Assembly (NCBI GenBank): GCA_027486585.1
Contig: JAIXOU010000119.1
Coordinates: 17,061 to 81,060, forward strand
Source: Verrucomicrobiaceae bacterium
Lineage (GTDB): Bacteria; Verrucomicrobiota; Verrucomicrobiia; Verrucomicrobiales; Verrucomicrobiaceae
Reading direction: 5' to 3'
DNA length: 64,000 nucleotides
Part shown: positions 17,007-26,855 of the stretch, in pieces
How the letters are laid out: every line of letters begins with the position of its first letter
Position numbering within the stretch: the stretch's first letter is position 1
Position numbers and translations under genes: made by a program
The notes under the pieces: generated by a model
Told to the model about the DNA's origin: nothing
Database searches by the model: none
Seen by the model: the letters and a program-made list of their open reading frames with translations, nothing else

Positions 17007-18109
17007 CAGCGGGAAAATTGGGGTGCAGGCTCGACCAAGATGGAGGGCGCGGTAGTGGACATGGGCACCAGCGTGCGGGAGTAGATCTGACTCATGGCAG
17101 CATCCAGAGACTCGCGCAGGATGCGCTGCGCGACGAGTTCTGGCTGGAGCTGGTAGTTCGCCAAGAGGGAGGTGAAGGCGCTGGCTTCACCGCGTGCGAC
17201 GGCGATGAGATCGGCACTGTAACCCTGTGCCCGCTGCAGGATGGCGGCGGCGTCACCTTGATACTGGGTGACGGTCTCGCCCTGATATTGCAGAGAGTTT
17301 TCTGCCAAAGTTTTGGCAAACTGACGGGCATTGACCACGTCTTCAAAAGCCGCAAGCACTTGCTTCGGTGGAGATAGTTCCACGATGTCGATACTGCTGA
17401 TGCGGATGCCAAGGTGCAAGTGGGTGACAGATTCTTGCAGGCTGGTTGCAGCTGCCTTTGCCACATCGCTGCGGGCTTCTGTTAGGCTGGCGTCGATCTT
17501 CCGCGCTGCGAGCTGGACAGCGAGACTGCGGCGCGTGAGGCGTGTGAGGAGTGTGCGGATGTCTGCACCGCCAGAAGTATAGGCAAAAGGTTCGGCGATG
17601 CGGTAGCGCAGAGTAAAGCGGCCCTGAATGACGTTGTAGTCGGCTGTTAGCGTGTAGCCATGTCTCACGGGATCAAGTGTCATGTTTTCATACATTGGAA
17701 ACTCTGCGCCTTCAATTTCCCTGGTGGCGAGTTCAGCGCTGAGCTGCGCGTCTGTCTTTTCGATGGGTTTGTCGGGATCGCCGATCTTGGTGCCGATCAG
17801 CGCCCAATCATTGAGTGGCAGGCTGAGATCACGACCCGTATCGAATCGTAGCACTTCATCAAACGGTGCCGGTAATCCGATGAGTAGGCCTGGGCCATGC
17901 AACTGTGTTTGCAGCCGACCCAGCCTGCGCACCAGCGCACTTTCCTGCGGCTGGATGCTGTGGATTCCGGAGATGGCATAGAGCGCCAGTAAGACGGCAA
18001 AAACCCAGCGCGCATGAGCGGTGAGCTGCTTGAGAAAAAGCAGCAATGCCTCGACGAGGTGGCCGTCGTTGCGCAGGGGTGTTTGAGCTGGTTTCATTGC
18101 AGGCATCAC
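17006..18109 (-). CDS. SPFH/band-7 protein, HflK-like
   Basis: TM anchor, then LVRRLG..GPGLLIGLPAPFD, LTADYNVI, YRIAEP, IVELSPPKQVLAAFEDV and a coiled-coil tail. Confidence 0.85.
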   Translation of the reverse strand: MMPAMKPAQTPLRNDGHLVEALLLFLKQLTAHARWVFAVLLALYAISGIHSIQPQESALVRRLGRLQTQLHGPGLLIGLPAPFDEVLRFDTGRDLSLPLNDWALIGTKIGDPDKPIEKTDAQLSAELATREIEGAEFPMYENMTLDPVRHGYTLTADYNVIQGRFTLRYRIAEPFAYTSGGADIRTLLTRLTRRSLAVQLAARKIDASLTEARSDVAKAAATSLQESVTHLHLGIRISSIDIVELSPPKQVLAAFEDVVNARQFAKTLAENSLQYQGETVTQYQGDAAAILQRAQGYSADLIAVARGEASAFTSLLANYQLQPELVAQRILRESLDAAMSQIYSRTLVPMSTTAPSILVEPAPQFSR

Positions 18110-19092
18110 GGATTGCGGTCGATGATGATGGCAGTTGGCGCACTTGGCGCGGACATCTCGATTGGCTTTACGGGATTGCCGTCGCCTTCTTTGGCCTTCA
18201 GCCAGTGAAAGGGGGCTACGCTGGTATCGAGCACGACGGTGGTGTTTTTATCCACGACGGTACGCAGACTTTGAAGCTCACGCAGGAAGCGGTAAAAGGC
18301 GGGATCTTTGCCATGCGCCGTAGCATAGACTGCGGCGGCCTCAGCTTCGGCTTTGCCACGTAGTTCCTCGGCCTCACGTTTGGCGTCGGCGATGAGAAAG
18401 GTGGCTTGCTTATCGGTTTCTGCCTTCATCTCGGCAGCCTTGGCACGCCCTTCAGCGCGGTATTGTGTGGCCTCACGCTTGCGCTCGGATCTCATGCGGC
18501 GGAAGACGGATTCAGTATTGGCCTCGGGTAACTGGATTTGGGTGATGCCAGTGGTGATGAGCTCGATACCGAGCTGCTGGGCTGCATCTGCTGCGGCCAG
18601 AGTGAGTATTTCTTTTTCCAAAGCAGGGATGGAAGCTCCAATACGCTCATCACCGACCAGATCAGCGAAGTCATGGCGGCCAAGCATGGTATTGCGCGCG
18701 CTGGTGATGAGTGCATCAAGTTTTTGTCGAGCAGGTTCAAAGTCGCGCACGGAAGTGTGAAATATCAGCGCCTCCTGCACGCGCCAAGTGAAGAATACGG
18801 GAACGATGACATTGCGCTGATCACGTGTGAGCGTCTCACTGAGGCGGATCTCGGCGTGTTGCAGGCGCTTGTCGATACGCACGATGTGCTCCAGCGGCAC
18901 GGGCAGTCGGAAGTGTAGGCCGGGTTGCTCGATGGCGCGCATGGGTTTACCGAAACGCATCACCAAAACGTGCTCGGCTTCATTGACCAAAAAGCAGCAG
19001 GCGAAAGCGAGGACGAGCAGCGCAGCTGCGGCGATGGAGACGAGGCGTAGGGTGACGGTGCGACTAATGCTGACAGGGGAGATTTCACTCAT
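18106..19092 (-). CDS. SPFH/band-7 protein, HflC-like
   Basis: LVMRFGKP..PGLHFRLP, LTRDQRNVIV..FTWRV, VFRRMRSERKREA, DPAFYRFLRELQS: HflC hallmarks. Confidence 0.88.
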   Translation of the reverse strand: MSEISPVSISRTVTLRLVSIAAAALLVLAFACCFLVNEAEHVLVMRFGKPMRAIEQPGLHFRLPVPLEHIVRIDKRLQHAEIRLSETLTRDQRNVIVPVFFTWRVQEALIFHTSVRDFEPARQKLDALITSARNTMLGRHDFADLVGDERIGASIPALEKEILTLAAADAAQQLGIELITTGITQIQLPEANTESVFRRMRSERKREATQYRAEGRAKAAEMKAETDKQATFLIADAKREAEELRGKAEAEAAAVYATAHGKDPAFYRFLRELQSLRTVVDKNTTVVLDTSVAPFHWLKAKEGDGNPVKPIEMSAPSAPTAIIIDRNP

Positions 19093-20909
19093 GGCTTTGG
19101 CATCGGGCTGGGGTTTTGAAGGAGGTTGTCGGTGTCAGGAGGGGCCATGTTCGGTGCGGGGATTTCACCTTTGCCCATGCGCACATAGCCTTCGATTTCC
19201 TGGTCAAAGGCTTCGAGAGATTTACCTGGTTTTGGGATGAGTGACTGGAGTGCAGGCGCGGCGCTGCTGGTGAAGTCTGGGTTCAGCACTTTTCTCAGAT
19301 CAAGCTGCGCTGGTAGGCGTGTCTGGAGGCTGTCATCGACAATGGCTTTCTTCGTTCCTCCGAGTGCCTCATCCAGGACGCGAAAGCCTTCGCGCCATTG
19401 ATACAGTGTCGGCTGCAAGGCCCAGGCGGCGCGGCGGCTTTCGAAGCGCGCCACTTGACCATTGACTTGGGCTTGGCGGTTCTGTGCCACGGACTCCGCA
19501 CCTGTCAGTGCGGCACCGGCATAGGCTTTGGCATTGTAGAGACTGTCTGTGTTGTTTGATTCGGCTTCATAGATGGCAGCTTCTTTATCCTCCATGGCAG
19601 AAATCACTTCTTGGAAGGTCTGAGCGACACTGACAGGCGGGTGGATGTCACGCAACAGCACATCTGTGATAGTGATGCCTGAGTTCAGGGAATCGAGTGC
19701 TGTCTGCAAGCGCTGACGAAACAGCGCACGCATTTCTTCGCGTGCCTCAGTCATGATTTGCTCTGCCTTGAGCGGTAATGCTAGGGCAAGTAGAACGCGC
19801 TGGGCTTCCTGTGCTAGCAGTGCCTCAGGCTGTGCGAGGGTGCGCAGATAGCGCACAGGATCACTGATGCGAAAAAGAATGGGCACGCTGATGGAAAGGA
19901 AGTCATCGCCACCGCCGACGAGGGACTGCTGCTCGCCTTCATAATGCGCACGCTCCCAGAGGATGGGCTGGCCAGGATCGGTGCGGAAGCCGAGCACGAC
20001 CTCACGAACCAGACTGGTATTCACGACTTCCACAGTGCCCAGTGGCCATGGCAAAGAAAGGTGTAAACCCGGCGCGAGTGGCTGGGACTGCCAGATACCT
20101 AAATGCTGGCGCACTCCATGGCTGCTCGCTGGCACTTCATGCAGGCAGGAATTAGCCCAGACACAGAAAGAAATCGTCGCCAACAATGACGGTAAGCTGT
20201 CGCGCACGATGGGCCACATCCACATGTCAGCGAGTTTCAGTGAGATATGCTCTTCGATCTCAGCAGTATTCTTTTCAGGCACGCAGGCACGCCACTCGCC
20301 ACGGAGCCAGGGATAAAAGAAAAACACTCCTGGTTGCGGCATCTGTGACCAGTGTCGGCGAGGCGTGTAAAGCTGCGCCGTGAGTCGGAAGAAAGTGTCG
20401 GTAGTAAGTAGCAGACAGAGACCAGCTAGCGCTGTCGCTAACCAACCATGCAGAGGCAACTGCAAATATAGTGCGGCGAGTAGCACACCGGCGCTGATAA
20501 AATGAATCAACACGACTCCATGCAACAGACAACGGGAGATGGGCGGCCATGCTTTTTTCCCAGTTGCTGCTAGGATGCCTGCAAAGGACAGTGCGGCTCC
20601 GATAAGCAGTCCGCCGATGGGCCAAGCAGGAACGAGAAGATCAGCAGGCTGCCATCCGTTACCTGTGATGATCCATGCGGCCAAACTGATGGCGGCGAGT
20701 AAGACGCCCGTGGCAGGTCGGGCAATGAGCAGCCCTGCGCCGAGCATCACCAGAGCTACTAGCGGCAGTAACCAGAAAGTTTTCCAAACCAAGATCAAGA
20801 CCAGTAAACCCACGGCTTCAATGCCCAACAAAGCAGGCGGTAGGGAGGGAGAGTTTGCGGGTTTTGACATGAAAGCCAGAGAATGAAAGTCCCGGCCACG
20901 CGCTCGCAT
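19089..20909 (-). CDS. Polytopic membrane domain fused to an HflK-like SPFH domain
   Basis: About 6-7 N-terminal TM helices, then PGLHLSLPWPLG, FRISDP, LLRDIHPPVSVAQTFQEV and a coiled coil. True start may be MSKPANS at 20870. Confidence 0.8.
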   Translation of the reverse strand: MRARGRDFHSLAFMSKPANSPSLPPALLGIEAVGLLVLILVWKTFWLLPLVALVMLGAGLLIARPATGVLLAAISLAAWIITGNGWQPADLLVPAWPIGGLLIGAALSFAGILAATGKKAWPPISRCLLHGVVLIHFISAGVLLAALYLQLPLHGWLATALAGLCLLLTTDTFFRLTAQLYTPRRHWSQMPQPGVFFFYPWLRGEWRACVPEKNTAEIEEHISLKLADMWMWPIVRDSLPSLLATISFCVWANSCLHEVPASSHGVRQHLGIWQSQPLAPGLHLSLPWPLGTVEVVNTSLVREVVLGFRTDPGQPILWERAHYEGEQQSLVGGGDDFLSISVPILFRISDPVRYLRTLAQPEALLAQEAQRVLLALALPLKAEQIMTEAREEMRALFRQRLQTALDSLNSGITITDVLLRDIHPPVSVAQTFQEVISAMEDKEAAIYEAESNNTDSLYNAKAYAGAALTGAESVAQNRQAQVNGQVARFESRRAAWALQPTLYQWREGFRVLDEALGGTKKAIVDDSLQTRLPAQLDLRKVLNPDFTSSAAPALQSLIPKPGKSLEAFDQEIEGYVRMGKGEIPAPNMAPPDTDNLLQNPSPMPKP

Positions 20910-20949
20910 GGCCGGGATGAAGGGTGAACTGCTGAGTTGAGGATTAGCC

Positions 20950-22620
20950 TTATGGTTTCGGACGAACGAGCAAGACCTGGCCGTCTTCGGCGAACTCCAG
21001 CAATGCCTGTGCTTTGGTCAGGAAGCCGCCAGATCCGTTGGGTGCATTGGAGCGGTGTGCTGCTGCACCGTATGGATGGGCCTGGATATTGATCAGGAAG
21101 GTACCAGCGCCAAAGATGGCGTCTGTGCTGATGACACCCGAGCTCTCCCAGAGACCTGCGGAATAGGCGCTGGTCAAGTTACCGTCGCGACCAGCCACAT
21201 AGCCGTAGTTGAAGGTGGATTGCAGCTTTGCTGCGTAGGCGTTGTTGCGATTGAGGGTCCACATACCGGCGTTGCGGGCCTTGGCTGTATAGACGGCATT
21301 GGCTGGGGAATTGGTGTCTTCACAAACCACGATGAAATCCTTCGTGACAGCGATGTTGTCGATGCTCACTGGATAGTCTGGGCCAGTAAGGTCACCCTGT
21401 GTGTAGGTGCCAATGGCACCCGTGACTGGAGCGGTTAGGCGACCTGTGCTCGCGCCAGAATAGCTGCCTGCTGGGTAAATAATGGTGTCTGCATTATAGA
21501 CGATGTTCAGCGTGCCATTGGCCAGTGGGTTCACTGGATTCATGGTCAATTCATAGAGACGACCAAGGCGGTTCGGGCCCGAACCACCTGTAGTGGCAAG
21601 GAAAACGCTGCGAGTAGGCTGCGTGGGGTCAAATTCTGCGTCCTCGACACGCACTAGGCCGAAACCACCAACGACGTCTGCCTGAATGGAAAGTTGGGTC
21701 CCAGTGAGATTGGCTGCATTTGGGATCTCGACCCACTTCGTGGCAAGGCTGCCAGAGGTGAAGGTGCCTTCATTGTGCTGGGCTGCGTTTCCGCAGAGGA
21801 CATAGAGCTTACCACCCGTGAGACCATTTTTATCGAGCACGCTATTGGAGCGACGGAGCTTGGTGCCCACATACATATAAGTGTAGGAGACAGGGCTGGC
21901 GCTAGGTGCAGGGCCGTCTTCGGTAAAGATGACGACTGTTTTGTCATCACGACGCGGCTGCACGATAGTGGTCTCGCGGGCTGCACGGCCCATGGCTGGA
22001 ATCGTGTACATTTTGCCATCAGCAACGACCACGACTTGGGAACCATTTGCATTGTAGTTGCCAGTGCCAGACTCCTCGTTGGTGAAGTAGAGCGGGCGAT
22101 CCATGCCGTGCTCACGTCCGGCAAAAGAACCGGAGCAGAAACGGGTGAAGCCAGCGGTATCACCTTCGAGTGGTGGGCGCGTTCCCAGTGTGCCAGCGGC
22201 CTGGGTGTTTTCCAGGAACAGTTCTTTGTGAGCGACCGTACCATTAAGGATAGCGCCAGTGGTGCTATTCATGGAAAAGCGTGAAACGAAGGCACCCTTG
22301 TAGCGTGTCGAACCCGCGAATGGGCGGCTATTGCTAGTGCTATTGATTTCGTGGGCTACGAAAAGAATATTCTCATTCGTCACGCTATCTTTGTAGATGC
22401 CCATGGCATCAGGAATGCCACAGAAGGTGTAGTCAGTGGCTCCCACTGGGCCAGTGCCGGACGTCAGAGGAACACGATCACCCACAGTCACGATCGGGGT
22501 GAACGTGAAGTCTGAGGTCGGGGTGGCGCTGAGGTAGGAAGACTCGGAAGTCAGCACGCCCTGAGCGAAGGCGGATGTCGAGGCGAGCGCAAGGCCGGCC
22601 AGAAGTTTGGAGAAGTGCAT
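20950..22620 (-). CDS. phoX: PhoX-family (DUF839) alkaline phosphatase
   Basis: Ligand-pattern motifs in order: GIPDAMG, VAHE, RFCSG, TNEE, ARE, TED, RVED, IDNI, VCED, WESSG, NIQAH. Sec-type signal, no twin-Arg. Confidence 0.78.
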   Translation of the reverse strand: MHFSKLLAGLALASTSAFAQGVLTSESSYLSATPTSDFTFTPIVTVGDRVPLTSGTGPVGATDYTFCGIPDAMGIYKDSVTNENILFVAHEINSTSNSRPFAGSTRYKGAFVSRFSMNSTTGAILNGTVAHKELFLENTQAAGTLGTRPPLEGDTAGFTRFCSGSFAGREHGMDRPLYFTNEESGTGNYNANGSQVVVVADGKMYTIPAMGRAARETTIVQPRRDDKTVVIFTEDGPAPSASPVSYTYMYVGTKLRRSNSVLDKNGLTGGKLYVLCGNAAQHNEGTFTSGSLATKWVEIPNAANLTGTQLSIQADVVGGFGLVRVEDAEFDPTQPTRSVFLATTGGSGPNRLGRLYELTMNPVNPLANGTLNIVYNADTIIYPAGSYSGASTGRLTAPVTGAIGTYTQGDLTGPDYPVSIDNIAVTKDFIVVCEDTNSPANAVYTAKARNAGMWTLNRNNAYAAKLQSTFNYGYVAGRDGNLTSAYSAGLWESSGVISTDAIFGAGTFLINIQAHPYGAAAHRSNAPNGSGGFLTKAQALLEFAEDGQVLLVRPKP

Positions 22621-22668
22621 TTTGAGGATGGGTATTTGGGTTGACTGCGGGTTGAAGGCAGAAAGGGT

Positions 22669-23517
22669 TTAGGCGACGCGGCGGCGGCGGAAGAGGAGGC
22701 CCACAAAGGCCATGCCGACAAGCACTGCGCGTGAAGGCTCTGGGATTGCGGCGATGGAATGGACGCCTACACCCGAACCGAAATTGCCTACTGATGTGGC
22801 AGCGCCTGTCAGCGCGTCGATCGAGTACAGGGAAGAGGTGGCTCCATCTGTGGAGAGCGTGCCCCAGAGATTACCATTGGCATCCACTCCGAGACCGCCA
22901 AAGGAAACAATATCCAGGCCCAGTCCACCGACCGTGAAGAGTTCACTGAAATTCGGGTCGATGCTTCTCACCAGTGTATTCAGATTGGCATCAATAAAAT
23001 AGGTGCTACCGAAATCTGGGTCGATACCAAGCGCGAAGATTACTGGTGCGGTGCCGAAGTTTGCGTCACCAACACCATAGACTAAATTGCCATTGGTTGT
23101 GCGTGTGCCATTGGTGGAAAAGAGGACGTTTTCCCCGACATCACTCGCGAAGAGCATTTTATCAGTGATCGGGTCATAGGCAAAACCAGCGGCAAAACCC
23201 AGAGTGCTGAAAGTGCTGCTGATAAGAGTCGCAGCACCGCCTCTTGTGACGGAATAAAAGTTTGAGTTCGAGTCAATGCCGTAATGGGTGTCTGAGCTGG
23301 CGTGGTAGGTTAGGTTCAGCAGAACAGCGCCTGCATCGTTAGTTATACCGTCACTTGCCTTCAAGCCTGTGATGGCTGTGCTTGTGATGAAGGTAGCTGG
23401 AGCAGTCGTGTCAAAAGACACGAGATTATTGTCGGTGGTGACACCGAAGAAGGTAGCAGCCTGAGAAGAGACTGTGAGTGCCACGCAGGCAGCACTGAGG
23501 AAGAAGGAACGGTTCAT
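22669..23517 (-). CDS. PEP-CTERM-anchored DUF4394-like beta-propeller protein
   Basis: Signal peptide; FFGVTTDNNLVSFDT, GFAYDPITDK, SLYSIDALTGAAT; C-terminal IPEPSRAVLVGMAFVGLLFRRRRVA. Confidence 0.8.
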   Translation of the reverse strand: MNRSFFLSAACVALTVSSQAATFFGVTTDNNLVSFDTTAPATFITSTAITGLKASDGITNDAGAVLLNLTYHASSDTHYGIDSNSNFYSVTRGGAATLISSTFSTLGFAAGFAYDPITDKMLFASDVGENVLFSTNGTRTTNGNLVYGVGDANFGTAPVIFALGIDPDFGSTYFIDANLNTLVRSIDPNFSELFTVGGLGLDIVSFGGLGVDANGNLWGTLSTDGATSSLYSIDALTGAATSVGNFGSGVGVHSIAAIPEPSRAVLVGMAFVGLLFRRRRVA

Positions 23518-23831
23518 GACTTGAGAGCGGGATGGATGGGAGTTAGCAAATCACCAGCAGAAAAATCATTCTGCCGACGATAGCTTTTTAACGTCCTGTC
23601 TAAAGACTTGGCAAAAAGACGAACGAAACAATTTTGCCATGCGTCAAAGATGTCACAAACTTTGAGATAACATCAAACTGACGCGACTCAGGCTTTGCTC
23701 ATCATCAGTGCTCATCACAAAGACTCCGTTGTGATTCATTAGCTCTACTTCGGGGAAAAATATCCCGATGGATCTTTGCGTCGTGGACCTTGGTTTCGTT
23801 ACCGGTTCGGAGAAACTCCGAGTGATTCATT

Positions 23832-26800
23832 TTAGCGACGACGACGGCTCAACAGACCAATCAAACCCAATGCGAAGAGTAGCGCGCGTGTCGGTTCAGG
23901 CACGACTGCTACAGAGATGGTTCCAGCGGTGTAGAATTGGCTCAGATCCCAGCCCAGCAATCCGGTCAGCGTGGGTAGCTCCATTAGCGCGGTGTCAAAG
24001 GTGCCTGTCGGTGCTGTGCCGGCTAGAGTGTTCCAGTCCAATAGCCGCCAACGATCATTGGCTGCAAAGCCTGTCATCGCGCTGGTCACTTTCAATTTAA
24101 CACCGGTGCTGATGTTGAAAAGGCCACCTGTGCGGAAGAGATCGGCTGCGGCAAGATTGCCCGTCTGATCCCCCAGACCTGCGCCTGAAAAAAGATCAAA
24201 CTCCAAGGTGCTGCCACTCTGGAAAAAAGTGGTGATGCTGCCATTGGCAGGGGTGAAGGTCAGGATATTTCCACTCGTGTCACCAGAGGCATTTCCCACA
24301 CTCACTTTGGCTCCGCTGCCGATGGTCACCGTGCCACCTGATGCTGGCTGGATGAAGCCTGTGCCAAGAATCACGCTGCCAGAGTTTGCCTGCACATTGC
24401 CAGTGCTAGTAGCAGAACCCGTGGTGTTGGTGACGACCAACTTACCGCCATTGTTGACGGTGGTAGGACCGTTGTAGGTGTTGGCATTGGCAAGCGTCAC
24501 CGTGGTATCCTCGATCACGAGATCTGAGTTGGCCGATGCGCCTGTGATGACGCTGCCAACTTTAATCGGCTGTGTGCCACTGAAGGTGAGCGTGCTGCCG
24601 TCCTTTGAAATCGGTCCTGTGAGTAGAAGCTCGCCTGAACCGCTGTTCTGAATGGTACCCGTGCTGCCAGTGGTGACGGTGATGCCACGATCCCAGTTCA
24701 CGCCGACACCTGTGTAGCTGAGCCGACCACCTGAGGAAAGGGCGACAGGTGTGGTAGCCTGGCCGAGTGGCTGCGCCACAGTGCTAGCGGCCACTGTAGC
24801 GACGGCGAGCGTGCCACCGGTCACCTTGACGTCCCCAGTGAATGTGTTGGCTCCAGTCAAAGTCGTGGTTCCCGCACCCGTTTGTGTGAGCGATCCTGTG
24901 CCCGAGATCACAGGTGTGACAGTGATGGAATCGCTGCGATTGATGGCCAGCGCTGCGTTGTTCGTGACTGCACTTGTGCTGCCGAGTGTGCCTGTCGTGC
25001 CGCCATTACCGACTTGTAGGGTGCCGCCGCTGATCGTGGTGCCGCCGGAATAGGTGTTGGCCCCCAAAAGGGTCAGGGTGCCAGTGCCCTGTTTTATAAG
25101 CGGACCACTACCAGTGACCTCATTGGTAAGGCTGATGCTGTTTCCATTCGTGTCCAGCGTGCCACCGCCGGAGCCTAGGGTGATGCCTCGGTTGCTGTTG
25201 AAGCTGATGCTGCCGGTTGCCTTCACGCCGCCGCCATCGAGCGTGATCTGATCCGCCGAGAAGCTGCCCGGATTCGTTCCAAAGATGCTCTCTCCGCTAC
25301 CAGCAATAAACCCACCCGTGATGCTGGTCTTACCAGTGTAGGCGTTTGCTTCGCCAAATGTCTGCGTGCCGCTGCCGCTCTTGACCAAGGTGATTGATCC
25401 AGTGATGACGCCGGAGTTTGCGTCTGTGCCATCGCCATAGCTGTAGCTTCCACTGCCGCCGAGAGTCAGCGTAGCCGCCGTGGAGGACGTGACGGTGTTA
25501 TTGGTGGCCGTGGCATTCGTTCCGGTGACGGAGTTCAGTCCGGCGATCTGCTGACTACGTCCGTTGAGGTCTAGAATGCCGAGGTTGGCGCTCGCCGCTT
25601 GTCCCAGGCTGACCGTCGTGGTCGTGGGCAGGCGGTCATTGCCCGTCGTGAGCTGCACCGTGCCGTTGTTGATCGCGGTGTCACCCGTGTAAGTGCTCAC
25701 ACCGCCCAAAGCCAGCGTGCCACCACCCTGTTTGGCCCATGCGCCAATTTCACCGATCTTGTTGGCAATGGCACCGTTATAGCTGAGCACTCCAGCGCCA
25801 GGTGTGCTGATCGAGGTTCCTGAGGCGTCTCCCACGAAAATCTGGCGTCCACCACCGAGCGTGTAGCTGGCGCCACTGAGCGTCGCAAAGCGACCACCAT
25901 CAATAATGATGTCGTTCGCGGCATTGCCGAGGCTGCCATCGGCGGTAAAGCGCACTTCGCCACCGGTGACCGTGATGTCACCCGTGAAAGTGTTGGCGGC
26001 ATTCGTGATGTCAAAACGTCCGTCTGTTCCAGACAGCGCCGCAAAGGTGATCCCACCGCTTCCCGTGTTGCTGATGACACCGGTAAAGCCGTGCGACCCA
26101 TTGTTGCCCTGCATTAGCGTGCGGCTCGCAGCTCCGAGACTCACATTGTTATCGAAAACAAGGTTCGCCGTGCTGCTGGAAAGGCTCACCTCGGTGGCCA
26201 GTGCCCCGAACTGTACATTCCCACCGATGGTGATTCCGTTTGGGAAACGAGTATTGACGAAGGTTCGACTTCCGTTCGCTGCCATCGTCCCGCCATTGAG
26301 GGTCAACGTGTTTGTGCCACCACTGCCCAAACCCGTTGTGCCACGTGCGATGACTGTCCCGGCATTGAGAGTAAAACCCCCAGTGAAATTACCCGCGCCA
26401 GTTCCAAAAACACCGCTGCCGTTTTTGATAAAACCGGTGCCTGCCGCAGTGGACAAGGCGTTTTGATTCAAATCAAACAAGCCGCCAGCCCCGACATCAA
26501 TGGTTCGCACTGCACCTCCCGTGGCATAGGTGCTTCCGATGGATGCAAAGTTCACCGTCACACCACTCGCCACCGTGACATTGCCCACATTTGTCGAAGC
26601 ACCCATGCCTGCAAATGTGTAAGTGCCTGAGGTGAATGAAACAGCGTTGTTCGCAGTGAAGGTGCTGGTATAGGGCGCGACATCTGTGGTGTTGTTCCAT
26701 CGCGCTGCATTCCAGGCAGTCGTGGCGGTGGTAGACGTGTAGGACTGCGCTGATGCCATAGCGCACATCAGAAGAAAGGAGACAAAACCAAAGACATAGA

Positions 26801-26855
26801 TCGCGACCGCGCGAACGAAGACGTTGTTAGTGACGGAGTGGGAAATTGGGGGCAT
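23832..26855 (-). CDS. PEP-CTERM surface protein with autotransporter-associated beta-strand (PATR) repeats
   Basis: About 7 repeats of type LxKxGxGTLxLxGxNTYxGxTxIxxG; C-terminal VVPEPTRALLFALGLIGLLSRRRR; no beta-barrel. Confidence 0.88.
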   Translation of the reverse strand: MPPISHSVTNNVFVRAVAIYVFGFVSFLLMCAMASAQSYTSTTATTAWNAARWNNTTDVAPYTSTFTANNAVSFTSGTYTFAGMGASTNVGNVTVASGVTVNFASIGSTYATGGAVRTIDVGAGGLFDLNQNALSTAAGTGFIKNGSGVFGTGAGNFTGGFTLNAGTVIARGTTGLGSGGTNTLTLNGGTMAANGSRTFVNTRFPNGITIGGNVQFGALATEVSLSSSTANLVFDNNVSLGAASRTLMQGNNGSHGFTGVISNTGSGGITFAALSGTDGRFDITNAANTFTGDITVTGGEVRFTADGSLGNAANDIIIDGGRFATLSGASYTLGGGRQIFVGDASGTSISTPGAGVLSYNGAIANKIGEIGAWAKQGGGTLALGGVSTYTGDTAINNGTVQLTTGNDRLPTTTTVSLGQAASANLGILDLNGRSQQIAGLNSVTGTNATATNNTVTSSTAATLTLGGSGSYSYGDGTDANSGVITGSITLVKSGSGTQTFGEANAYTGKTSITGGFIAGSGESIFGTNPGSFSADQITLDGGGVKATGSISFNSNRGITLGSGGGTLDTNGNSISLTNEVTGSGPLIKQGTGTLTLLGANTYSGGTTISGGTLQVGNGGTTGTLGSTSAVTNNAALAINRSDSITVTPVISGTGSLTQTGAGTTTLTGANTFTGDVKVTGGTLAVATVAASTVAQPLGQATTPVALSSGGRLSYTGVGVNWDRGITVTTGSTGTIQNSGSGELLLTGPISKDGSTLTFSGTQPIKVGSVITGASANSDLVIEDTTVTLANANTYNGPTTVNNGGKLVVTNTTGSATSTGNVQANSGSVILGTGFIQPASGGTVTIGSGAKVSVGNASGDTSGNILTFTPANGSITTFFQSGSTLEFDLFSGAGLGDQTGNLAAADLFRTGGLFNISTGVKLKVTSAMTGFAANDRWRLLDWNTLAGTAPTGTFDTALMELPTLTGLLGWDLSQFYTAGTISVAVVPEPTRALLFALGLIGLLSRRRR

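Noticed and set aside
17006-20909. Calling the SPFH genes the housekeeping hflK/hflC
   Set aside because: There are three paralogues, one with a polytopic fusion, linked to an ATPase rather than hflX/ftsH; gene symbols withheld.
23832-26855. Type V autotransporter
   Set aside because: Has passenger-type repeats but ends in PEP-CTERM with no C-terminal beta-barrel.
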